Shown here in pieces: positions 45,513 to 53,799 of a stretch of 64,000 bases of DNA. Within the stretch, counting starts at the first letter, position 1, and every line of letters starts with the position of its first letter. The position numbers and the translations under genes were made by a program. The stretch spans positions 33,639-97,638 of the forward strand of contig NZ_JACESP010000014.1 of NCBI RefSeq assembly GCF_013911755.1, written 5' to 3'. The DNA is from Sphingosinicella sp. (GTDB taxonomy: Bacteria; Pseudomonadota; Alphaproteobacteria; Sphingomonadales; Sphingomonadaceae). Under the pieces are notes generated by a model that was given only the letters and a program-made list of their open reading frames with translations, was not told where the DNA came from and did not search any database.

Positions 45513-45747
45513 AGCTGATCTGAAAAAGGCCATGCAGGGCTTCCGGATGGCCGACGTCACCCCTTTCGGCCACTTCGGCACGCCGGATTTCACGGCGGAA
45601 ACGATGGAGGGCGCGCGCAGTCTCGTGGCGGCGGTAAGCGATGCCATCGAGGCTGGGATTGCCGAGCAGCCGCTGCGTGCCGCGCTTTCTGGCATTGAGA
45701 TGCTGATCGCGCTCGGATCGCTGTCGGACAGTTGCCGGGACACCTGA
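45505..45747 (+). CDS. hypothetical island protein
   Basis: 80 aa from ATG 45505. It is the last gene before the terminator at 45775-45806. Confidence 0.45.
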   Translation: MREADLKKAMQGFRMADVTPFGHFGTPDFTAETMEGARSLVAAVSDAIEAGIAEQPLRAALSGIEMLIALGSLSDSCRDT

Positions 45748-45774
45748 TGCCGCCCGCGCGGTTTGGGCTATACT

Positions 45775-45806
45775 GCGCCGCTCCCGCGTGGGGCGGCGCT
45801 GCTTTT
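45775..45806 (+). terminator. intrinsic terminator after the three-gene operon
   Basis: Stem GCGCCGC/GCGGCGC, 11-nt loop, then TGCTTTT. Confidence 0.55.
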
Positions 45807-45823
45807 GGGACGGAGCATAACCA

Positions 45824-46561
45824 GTGAAGTTGACGAAGCGACCTGTCGTGCGTTGCACGAGCCCGACGGATTACGACGCATACATGCCAGGATTTCGGGC
45901 TCAGGCGTTAGTGGTTCAGGCGCTAAACGTTGAGCCCTCCGAGGCTGCGCGCCTGTTGATGGCCGAGGCTGAAAGCGGCAGGCTGCCCGCGCGCTGCCAC
46001 CGTCGGGCCGATGAGTTCACTTCAACTTCTCGGTCACCGACCATCCGCGTAAAATTGCTTCGCCCGCGTCATGAGCAATGCCCGGCTGTCGTGCATCCGG
46101 AAGATTGGGCCGCTATCCGCCATCTTATCGTCGAGCTGGAGGAGGAAATTGCAGCTGACGGGGAAGACGCCTGCACGCCGTCCGTCCTTCGCCTTGTTAC
46201 ACTTTGCGACTTTGAGCGCTGGAGCTTCCGTTTTCGGAGTCGCGATGCTCTCGGAAACTCGCAATTTACAACGCTGGAGGATGTCGACTTTAGGCGCGCC
46301 GAGGTTACAGCCCTCTGTGCGCCGCAAAAGGACGGAGCGAGGCGCGGGCGGCCCACGCGATATGATTGGCCAGCGTTTTTCAACGAGGCGACGCGACTAC
46401 TGAAAGAGCGCGGCGGTCTGAATGAGACGTGGATAAAGGCGGATTTAGAGCGCGACATGGAGTTCTGGTGCGAGACAACTTGGCATCGTACACCAAGTGC
46501 AAACTCTATTGCGAACCATGTTCGCAAGGCATTGATAACGTTTGATAATACAGACCAATAA
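45824..46561 (+). CDS. hypothetical island cargo protein
   Basis: 245 aa. GTG start 8 nt after GGAG. The 3' half is visibly AT-richer. No recognisable domain. Confidence 0.55.
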   Translation: MKLTKRPVVRCTSPTDYDAYMPGFRAQALVVQALNVEPSEAARLLMAEAESGRLPARCHRRADEFTSTSRSPTIRVKLLRPRHEQCPAVVHPEDWAAIRHLIVELEEEIAADGEDACTPSVLRLVTLCDFERWSFRFRSRDALGNSQFTTLEDVDFRRAEVTALCAPQKDGARRGRPTRYDWPAFFNEATRLLKERGGLNETWIKADLERDMEFWCETTWHRTPSANSIANHVRKALITFDNTDQ

Positions 46562-46669
46562 ATAATTATTGGCCTGATATTATCCAGATCGTTCGGATGA
46601 GCGGCATTTTTCGCTGAATATTCCACACAGCCGCCGGGCATTTCCCGGCTGTTGTGGAGGAAACCAGCA

Positions 46670-46840
46670 ATGTCTGATCGCATCGCGTACAGCGTGAAAG
46701 AGGTCGAACAGCGTTTCGGCCTTGGCACGACGACCGTCTACAAACTCATCAAGGAAGGCCGGCTTGAAACGTTCCGTGTGGGGCGTCGGCGGCTGATCAC
46801 TGCACAGTCTGCGCACAACCTTGTCACCGAGGCCGCCTGA
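46670..46840 (+). CDS. AlpA/Xis-type helix-turn-helix protein (excisionase or regulator)
   Basis: YSVKEVEQRFGLGTTTVYKLIKEGRLETFRVGRRRLI is a typical AlpA/MerR-like excisionase HTH. GGAGG lies 9 nt upstream of ATG 46670. Confidence 0.7.
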   Translation: MSDRIAYSVKEVEQRFGLGTTTVYKLIKEGRLETFRVGRRRLITAQSAHNLVTEAA

Positions 46841-47166
46841 TGCGCGCTGCGGAAGGGACGGGCCCGCCCGACAAACGAAAACGGCCGCCGGGACGTGGCG
46901 ACCGCTTCCTAGAGATTTCGAAAACCAATGGTCCAAAAATCATAGCACCGAACGCAGCGAATGCCAAGGGTTTGAGCATTCGAATCAACGAGATTTCGGA
47001 CGGATTTGAAGTGGCGCTGCATGGTGCCGCAATCGGTCGCGTCTGCCGGATTGCCAGCTATCCCACGCGCCGCGAGGCCGTCGACAGGGCGGTCCTCGAA
47101 GAGCGTGAACGTGGCGTGCCGCTGATCGTCGAGAGCGCCGTAACGTCGACGTCGGGGAGGGCATAG
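46840..47166 (+). CDS. hypothetical island protein
   Basis: 108 aa. Its ATG overlaps the alpA-like stop (TGATG). No recognisable domain. Confidence 0.4.
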   Translation: MRAAEGTGPPDKRKRPPGRGDRFLEISKTNGPKIIAPNAANAKGLSIRINEISDGFEVALHGAAIGRVCRIASYPTRREAVDRAVLEERERGVPLIVESAVTSTSGRA

Positions 47167-47282
47167 GCAGTGGCTATGCAATCTCTCTCCACGAAACCCC
47201 ACACCTCTCTCTTCGTGCCGCCATCCATGCCCGCAGAGGTGTTGCGGCGCATGGCCGCGGTCTGGACAGTCGGGAGGCACGC

Positions 47283-48230
47283 ATGACGCTTCCGCCTCTC
47301 GATACTGCCGAACTTATCGCTGCGACCCCGGAAGTCGCGCGCTTCCTGCTCGGCGAGCCGAACCCGAAGGCAAGTCGCGCGGGCGAAATGCGCTATGGTA
47401 CGCATGGCAGCCTGTCGGTCGATTTGAACAAGGCGACCTTTCGTTATCACGAAACCGGCGAGGGCGGGGGGCTCCTCGACCTGATTGCTCGCGAGCGGCG
47501 CTGCACGCGTGGCGATGCGGTCAACTGGCTTCGCGAAATGGGCTTCGTGTCATCGGCTGATGGTGCTCCAGCCTCGCGCCGACAGACGGCAACTCCAGCC
47601 AGGTCGGCCAATTGGCCTACCTCGCGCCCCGACGATGCCGACCGCACCCGCCGTGCGCTGGCGCTCTGGAATGAGGCTGTAAGCGCCGAGGCGACGATCG
47701 CCGAGCGATATCTCGCCAGCCGCGGCGTGGCACTGCCTGCCGAGCCGTCGCGCGTCGTCCGCTACATGGCCGCGTGTCCGTTCGGCAACGGTCAACGGCT
47801 TCCCTGCATGGTGGCGCTGATGCGCGATCCATTGACCGGCGAGCCTGTGGGGATTCATCGCACCGCGCTCACGCCCGAAGCCCGCAAGATCGATCGCAAG
47901 ATGCTGGGCCGAGCCGGCGCAATCATGCTCAGCCGCTCCGATGACGTGACCCACGGGCTCGGCATCGCCGAGGGCATCGAGACGGCGCTGTCGGTGCTCG
48001 CCGCAGGTTGGGCGCCTGTGTGGGCGATCGGTTCGGCGGGCGGCATTGCCAGCTTTCCGGTGCTTCCCGGAATCGAGGCGCTGACCGTTTTCGCCGACGC
48101 CGACGAGCCGGGCCAGAATGCCGCTCGCGCCATCGCCGAGCGATACGCCGACGCGGGACGCGAGGCTTTCATTCAGACCCCGCCCGAGGGTGATTTCAAC
48201 GACCGCCTGCAGGGGTCTATGTATGCGTAA
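47283..48230 (+). CDS. toprim-domain primase-like protein
   Basis: Toprim acidic motifs GLGIAEGIETALS and VFADADEPGQNAA. N-terminal P4-alpha-like region. Confidence 0.8.
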   Translation: MTLPPLDTAELIAATPEVARFLLGEPNPKASRAGEMRYGTHGSLSVDLNKATFRYHETGEGGGLLDLIARERRCTRGDAVNWLREMGFVSSADGAPASRRQTATPARSANWPTSRPDDADRTRRALALWNEAVSAEATIAERYLASRGVALPAEPSRVVRYMAACPFGNGQRLPCMVALMRDPLTGEPVGIHRTALTPEARKIDRKMLGRAGAIMLSRSDDVTHGLGIAEGIETALSVLAAGWAPVWAIGSAGGIASFPVLPGIEALTVFADADEPGQNAARAIAERYADAGREAFIQTPPEGDFNDRLQGSMYA

Positions 48231-49350
48231 TGGGGCAGCAGCGGGCGTTCTGGGCGCCAAGGTCGAGCGCTTTCCGCCGCGGGGTGGCGACGCACCTGTC
48301 ATGCCGAGCGATGGCGCCCGCATCATCTCGGCGGCCGACCTCGACGAATTCGACTTCCCTGAGATCAAGTTCATCGTGCATGGCCTGATCGTCGAGGGTC
48401 TGACCATCCTCGCTGGCAAGCCGAAGTTCGGTAAGTCGTTCCTCGTGCTCCAGCTCCTCATAGGCGTTGCCAGCGGCACCCTTGCGCTCAACGATCTGGA
48501 GTGTGACGCCGGGGACGTGCTTTACGTCGCGGGTGAGGACAACGAACGCCGTTTGCAGCGTCGTTTGCGGCAGATCCTTGGGCGTGGCCCCAAACCGAAG
48601 CGCCTGCATCTCACGACATCCTGGCCGAAGATCGGAGACGGCTGCATCGAGGCGCTGGAACGCTGGCTGGACGACCATCCCGACGCCCGAATGATTGTTC
48701 TCGACACGTGGAGCGTCATCAAGCCGCGCAGCAATGGCCAGAGGGGCGTGTACGATGAGGATGCGGACGGCGTGCGCCCGCTCCAGCGGCTTGCCAGTGA
48801 ACGGGGCGTGGCGGTCATCCTCGTGCACCACACGCGCAAGGCTGAAGCCGACGACGTGTTTGATACCGTAAGCGGCTCGCTGGGCCTCACGGGCGTTGCC
48901 GATACCATCCTGATCGCTGGCCGCTCCGATGACCGCTGCCTTCTGTCGGGCAAGGGCCGCGACATCGAGGAATTCGAGAAGGTCATCAAGCGCGATCCGC
49001 ACATGGGGACGTGGACCATTCTCGGCGACTCCGCGACCGTTCCAGACACTCCCGAGCAGCAGGCCGTCGTGCATGTTCTTGCGAAAGCGGGGACGCCGAT
49101 GACGGCAACCCAGATCGGCGAGGTGCTGAAAAAGGACCGTACCGCCGTCCAGCACATGCTCCGCCGCCTGCGGCTGCATGGCAAAGTCGAATACCACGGG
49201 AGGTCCGGCTACTCCGTTCCCCTATTCACTAACGTCACTAACGTCACTCAACCCCCCGCCCATAGTGAACATAGTGACGATAGTGATGGGGGTACATACG
49301 CGCGCGAGATGAGCGAGCCTTCCTTCCCAGATGAGGAGGACTCCGAATGA
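48223..49350 (+). CDS. RepA/DnaB-like AAA ATPase (AAA_25-type replicative helicase)
   Basis: Walker A GKPKFGKS, Walker B MIVLDTW and ILVHHTRK. Its ATG overlaps the primase end by 8 nt. Confidence 0.8.
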   Translation: MRNGAAAGVLGAKVERFPPRGGDAPVMPSDGARIISAADLDEFDFPEIKFIVHGLIVEGLTILAGKPKFGKSFLVLQLLIGVASGTLALNDLECDAGDVLYVAGEDNERRLQRRLRQILGRGPKPKRLHLTTSWPKIGDGCIEALERWLDDHPDARMIVLDTWSVIKPRSNGQRGVYDEDADGVRPLQRLASERGVAVILVHHTRKAEADDVFDTVSGSLGLTGVADTILIAGRSDDRCLLSGKGRDIEEFEKVIKRDPHMGTWTILGDSATVPDTPEQQAVVHVLAKAGTPMTATQIGEVLKKDRTAVQHMLRRLRLHGKVEYHGRSGYSVPLFTNVTNVTQPPAHSEHSDDSDGGTYAREMSEPSFPDEEDSE

Positions 49351-49553
49351 ACGTGCCCACCCTTGAGCAACTCACCCGCCAGAATGAGCAACTTCTCCGC
49401 GACATCGCCCGGCAGTTCGTCGTCGGCACCGGCGGCAATCGCGCCGAGGCGCTGCGTATGGTCGAGGTGATCCGTCAACACATCTGGAGCGGGCAACTCT
49501 GCACGAATCCGCTCTGTGGCGATCGGGGCTGCACAGGCTGCCTCGCCTACTGA
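49347..49553 (+). CDS. small Cys4 protein (possible zinc-ribbon regulator)
   Basis: 68 aa with an ATGA overlap with the helicase gene. C-terminal CTNPLCGDRGCTGC (C-x4-C-x4-C-x2-C). Confidence 0.5.
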   Translation: MNVPTLEQLTRQNEQLLRDIARQFVVGTGGNRAEALRMVEVIRQHIWSGQLCTNPLCGDRGCTGCLAY

Positions 49554-49600
49554 GATTCCCCCGAAAACTGAGAAGTGAACCCGAAGAAAAGGAATGAAAA

Positions 49601-49885
49601 ATGGCAGTTAACATGACCCAAAAGTCGACCGGAAAGACCGCAAGCGTCCACCCCGATGAAGTCGCAAACTACGCGGACGGAGGATGGCGGGTGGAAGGTG
49701 AGACCGTGAGCCTCGACGATGCCACGACCGGCCAGCTCGTCGACGAGTTGCAGCACCGTCTCGCTGTTGAGGCTGAAACCGACTCCACGGGAATTCCCGT
49801 AGAGGCTGAAACCGGCTTTCGCGGCCCACGCACGGCGATCCCGCTGGGCGTAAAGCACCTTCTCGGGCTCGGGCACACGATCTGA
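49601..49885 (+). CDS. hypothetical island protein
   Basis: 94 aa. AAGGAA precedes ATG 49601. No recognisable domain. Confidence 0.45.
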   Translation: MAVNMTQKSTGKTASVHPDEVANYADGGWRVEGETVSLDDATTGQLVDELQHRLAVEAETDSTGIPVEAETGFRGPRTAIPLGVKHLLGLGHTI

Positions 49886-49968
49886 CGAAAACTTTACAGA
49901 ACTTGACATTTTGGAGCGCGGGGCTGGCGATGATGTTGCAGCCCCGCGTTCGAAGCGGAGGACGAAAA

Positions 49969-50604
49969 ATGAATATCTATGACACGATGCGCGCGCGCAT
50001 AAATCCCGGCTGGGACAAGTTCACGCGTCTTTCCACCTCAGCGAAAATCGCGATCAACGTCGCCGAGACCGTTACGGCGACCGCCACGGAAATCGCGAAA
50101 GACGAGAAACTCACCCCCGTCGGTCGCACCGATGCCGTGCGGAAAGCTGCCAAGGAGGCGGCCGCCCGGCTCCGCGACGCCGAGGCCCGCGCCGCTGCCG
50201 AGCTTGTGGACCTTCGCGCCGATCATGCGAAGCTCACCCAAATGCCCGCAGACAAGGCGGACCTCGCCCGCGCCGTTCTACGCGCGGAAATCCGCCAGTG
50301 GCTTCGCGCCATGCCTGCCGGCGAGCGTATCGTAACGTTGACGGGGGAGGATGCAGATCCTGCCATCCTCGATGCTGCGCTGTCCGGGCCCCCGGCGCTC
50401 GCTGGCCTCACGCCCGAAACCGTCGACACGGTGCGTGCGCGGTACATCGAACTCGTTCACCCGGGCGAGGCTGGCAATCTGTCCGGCGGCCTTGAGGCAT
50501 CGGAGTTCGCCGCGTCGGCCATCGCCATCGCCAAGGCAGACCTGCAGCGCGCGGTTGCCTTCGAGCGGCCGGACGAGTTCGCCCGCTGGTACGAGGCGGC
50601 GTAA
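49969..50604 (+). CDS. hypothetical island protein
   Basis: 211 aa from ATG 49969, preceded by GGAGGA. The upstream part of the track ORF runs through a 10-bp hairpin (49917-49948). Confidence 0.55.
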   Translation: MNIYDTMRARINPGWDKFTRLSTSAKIAINVAETVTATATEIAKDEKLTPVGRTDAVRKAAKEAAARLRDAEARAAAELVDLRADHAKLTQMPADKADLARAVLRAEIRQWLRAMPAGERIVTLTGEDADPAILDAALSGPPALAGLTPETVDTVRARYIELVHPGEAGNLSGGLEASEFAASAIAIAKADLQRAVAFERPDEFARWYEAA

Positions 50605-50798
50605 TGGGCCAACGGCTGACGCAGGGACGGCTCAAATGGCGCCGGGGCGGTCGTTCCGTCTCGGCGCCTACACGCCTGTGAGCCGTGGTTATAATCCTGA
50701 GCAAGCAGCCATAATTTCTAGCCATCGCATTGCTTTTGCGATAGAATGCAACCGCGCAATGGACGGGTTCCCCCGAATATTCCCTCAGTCCACCGTGC

Positions 50799-50822
50799 AA
50801 TTAGGCGTTTTGCCTAATTTTT
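50799..50822 (+). terminator. terminator-like hairpin / operator upstream of the tape-measure gene
   Basis: AATTAGGC-GTTTT-GCCTAATT followed by TTT. A third TTAGGC copy lies at 50821-50826, 13 nt before ATG 50839. Confidence 0.4.
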
Positions 50823-50838
50823 AGGCAGGGAAACCCGC

Positions 50839-53541
50839 ATGTCTGATACGGTTCGCACCATCCGCATTGTTGTCGACAGCCGCCCCGCCGAGGAAGGGGC
50901 AGGTAGGGCCAGGCGCGCCTTGGGCGGACTTGGCACCGAAGCTGCCCGCGCCGACCGCACAATGAAAATGCTCGGATCCGGTCTGAACGGCACCGGCGCG
51001 ATGATGAAGGAAGCCGAGCGGAGCACTCGCCAACTTGAGCAGGCGACGCTGGAATTGTCGCGGGCTCAGATGACGGCCACGCGCTCAGCAGGCTCCATGC
51101 GCGCTGCGTCGATGAACCTTGGCTACCAGATCAGCGACGTGACACAGCAGATCGCGCTTGGCACCAATCCCCTGATCATCTTTGCGCAGCAGGGCGGGCA
51201 GACCGCTGCAGCACTTGCGGGCATGGGTGGCCGTATCGGTGCCGTTGCAAGTGCGCTGTCAGGCCCATGGGGCGCCGCTGTGATGGGCGCTGTAATGATC
51301 GCGGGCACGCTGGCCACAAAGCTTTGGGATAACGCCGAGGCAGCGGACGAAGCCGCCGAGAAGACCGGTAAGCTCACGGGCGCCGAGAAGCTGCTGAAGG
51401 AACTGCGCGGCGAATCGATCCTTACCGCCCGCGAGATGGCCAAGCAGACGTACAATCTGGCGCTCCAGAAGCGACAGGAGGCGGTCGACACGCTCGCGGC
51501 AGCGCAGGCGCACCTCGAATACGCAAAGGCGTTCCATGAGGCCCAGAAGGTGCGCGCCTCTGGTCCGGGGCAGGGCAATGAGCTGGCTGCGCTGGGCTTG
51601 GGCCGAACGGTGGCGGGCATCGAGAAGGCGGAAAAACGTGTCGCCGAGATGCGGAAAGGTCTGTTTGACGCCAGCTCGGACGTCGACAAGGCGTTCGGAA
51701 AGGTATCGTCCAGCGGATTGGAGCTTGAGGACGTGCTGGGCGGGGTCAACCGCAACTTCCGGGAAACGAAGGATGCCAGCGACACTGCGACGACGGCGCT
51801 GCGCGAACAGCAAAAGGCAATGGACGCCTTGGTCGGGGCCGCGCAGCGTGCCAGCAACGCCATGGCTGATTTTGGCATTGCAGACGCCGCAGCGATGGCC
51901 AAAGCCCGCGAGGACGCGTACGCCAAGCGGTACGGCATTGAGGGCGGGATTTACGGCAAAGGGCTAGGCGCAATCCTCAACGAATCGAGGCGCCCCATGG
52001 GTGAAGCCGGCGACGAAATCGGCAAGAGGGCAGGCCGCGCGTTCCGTGACGAAGGGTTGCTCGCGGCCGAAGCGATAGGTCAGATCATCGGCGGCAAGGC
52101 CGGTAGGGCGATCCAGAATGTGGTGGGCATCCTTGAGGGTGCGAAGTCCGGCGACTTCACGGCCATGAACAGCCCGCTCGGCGCGCTGGCAACGCTGGCG
52201 AGCAGCAAGAGCGGTCCCGGTCGCCAGTTCCTCGACGACGCGGACAAGTTCGCCAAGCCGATCACCAAAAAGCTCGACAAGATATTTGGTGGCATGGAGG
52301 GCGACGGCACCTTCACGAAGGCGCTTGGCGGCGCGATCAAAGGTGGGGCGATCGGTGAGGCCACGTCCGGCGTGATGAAAGCGCTGGGCATCAAGACGAG
52401 CAAGACCGGGGCACAGATCGGCGGCGCGATCGGTGGCGCGACCGGTATTCCCGGTATGGATATCGCCGGTTCGATCGTTGGCGGCGTCATTGGCGGGATG
52501 CTGAAAAAGACGAAATGGGGTGCGGCCGACATTACGAGCGTCGACGAGTTCGGGATGCGCGGCAACAGCGGTAAGGCGAAGGACGCGGCGAGCGCTGCAG
52601 CCACGTCGTTCCAGGGCGGGCTGCAGTCGATCGCTGACGCGCTCGGTGCTGACCTCGGCAGCTTCGGCGTTACCCTCGGGCAGCGTCACGGTGACTGGCG
52701 CGTCAATACGAACGCGGGCGGATCGCTCAAGAAAAAGAAGGGCGCCGTCGAGTTCGACGACGATGCCGAGGGCGCGATCAAGTACGCCATTCGTGATGCG
52801 ATCCGCGATGGCGCCTTGCTAGGCATCTCTGAGTTTTCGCAGCGCGTACTTCGCGGCAACATGGACCTCGACAAGGCCCTCGACATTGCCGCGAAGTACG
52901 AAACCCTGCTGGAAGCGCTTGCAGCGAGCGACAATCCGATCAGGGCCGCGGCGGAATCCTTCGCGAAAGACTTCACCATGCTCGCGAACGAAATGAAAAA
53001 GGCCGGCGCGACGGCGGCCGAGCTTGCGAATATCGAAACATACTATGCGAAGGAACGCGAGAAGGCGCTGACGGCGGTCCTGCAGCCGCTCAAGGACTAT
53101 CAGAAGTCGCTCTCTGGCGAGGGCTCCGGAGTTACCGCACTCAACCGCTTCAACACGTCGAAGCTGGAGTATGAGCAGGCCAAGGCGGGATTCGCCGCCG
53201 GGACGGTCGATCAGGGCGCCTTCACGGCCGCAGGGCAGGAACTGTTCGCGCTTGCTCGCGACGTGTTCGGGACCGCCACAGGTGAGTTTCAGTCGATCAG
53301 GCAGCAGCTTTTGGCCGACACAGCCGGGGCGCTGGAGACGGCCGCCGCTGCATTCAATGGCGGGGCGCCTGAACGCCTGCTTGCCGCGCAGGAAGCGCAG
53401 AACACGATTACCGCGCAGCAGTATCAGCAGCAGGTCATCGGGAATCAGTATCTCGCCTACTTGCCCCAGATCGCGCAGGCGCTGGCATCTGGCGGCACCA
53501 TCTCGGGGCGGTACGTGAACGGGGTTTGGAAGGCGGCGTAG
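50839..53541 (+). CDS. phage tail tape-measure protein (lambda gpH-type N-terminus)
   Basis: 900 aa. NLGYQISDVTQQIALGTNPLIIFAQQGGQTAAALAG, long coiled-coil regions and a Gly-rich hydrophobic core GAIGGATGIPGMDIAGSIVGGVIGGML. Confidence 0.85.
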   Translation: MSDTVRTIRIVVDSRPAEEGAGRARRALGGLGTEAARADRTMKMLGSGLNGTGAMMKEAERSTRQLEQATLELSRAQMTATRSAGSMRAASMNLGYQISDVTQQIALGTNPLIIFAQQGGQTAAALAGMGGRIGAVASALSGPWGAAVMGAVMIAGTLATKLWDNAEAADEAAEKTGKLTGAEKLLKELRGESILTAREMAKQTYNLALQKRQEAVDTLAAAQAHLEYAKAFHEAQKVRASGPGQGNELAALGLGRTVAGIEKAEKRVAEMRKGLFDASSDVDKAFGKVSSSGLELEDVLGGVNRNFRETKDASDTATTALREQQKAMDALVGAAQRASNAMADFGIADAAAMAKAREDAYAKRYGIEGGIYGKGLGAILNESRRPMGEAGDEIGKRAGRAFRDEGLLAAEAIGQIIGGKAGRAIQNVVGILEGAKSGDFTAMNSPLGALATLASSKSGPGRQFLDDADKFAKPITKKLDKIFGGMEGDGTFTKALGGAIKGGAIGEATSGVMKALGIKTSKTGAQIGGAIGGATGIPGMDIAGSIVGGVIGGMLKKTKWGAADITSVDEFGMRGNSGKAKDAASAAATSFQGGLQSIADALGADLGSFGVTLGQRHGDWRVNTNAGGSLKKKKGAVEFDDDAEGAIKYAIRDAIRDGALLGISEFSQRVLRGNMDLDKALDIAAKYETLLEALAASDNPIRAAAESFAKDFTMLANEMKKAGATAAELANIETYYAKEREKALTAVLQPLKDYQKSLSGEGSGVTALNRFNTSKLEYEQAKAGFAAGTVDQGAFTAAGQELFALARDVFGTATGEFQSIRQQLLADTAGALETAAAAFNGGAPERLLAAQEAQNTITAQQYQQQVIGNQYLAYLPQIAQALASGGTISGRYVNGVWKAA

Positions 53542-53722
53542 CGCCGTCTGGCGGGACATGCCGGTGTCTGCGAGGGCGGCGGCGTATGGAGATGGGGTTG
53601 TCGCATCGTTGGACAACCCCAACTGCCTCTCTCGTGCCGCCTTCCCGGTCTCGGCAAGATCAGCCCGCGCCAACTCCTTCAGCAATTCCCCGGCGCGCCG
53701 CTCCGCACGAAGACGGACGTTC
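53541..53722 (-). pseudogene. truncated inverted copy of the 43925-44263 gene
   Basis: Encodes NVRLRAERRAGELLKELARA...PYAAALADTGMSRQTA. It shares a 39-nt and a 20-nt identical run with 44044-44210. Both gene ends are missing, and the homology stops at the tape-measure stop codon. Confidence 0.6.
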
Positions 53723-53799
53723 AAAACACTTGAGGGAGCAAACGTGGGAACGATCCCACTATATCCCGATATTTCCCTGAAAATCCCGCAACTTAGCGA

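Noticed and set aside
48217-49197. 326-aa minus-strand ORF inside the island (also 51123-51938 and 51964-52689)
   Set aside because: These are antisense to the helicase and tape-measure genes, which have clear motifs. They have shadow-ORF composition.
52819-53724. 301-aa minus-strand ORF starting MNVRLRAERRAGELL
   Set aside because: Only about the first 60 codons (53541-53722) are homologous to the island gene at 43925-44263. The rest is antisense read-through into the tape-measure gene. I treat it as a pseudogene fragment, not an intact gene.
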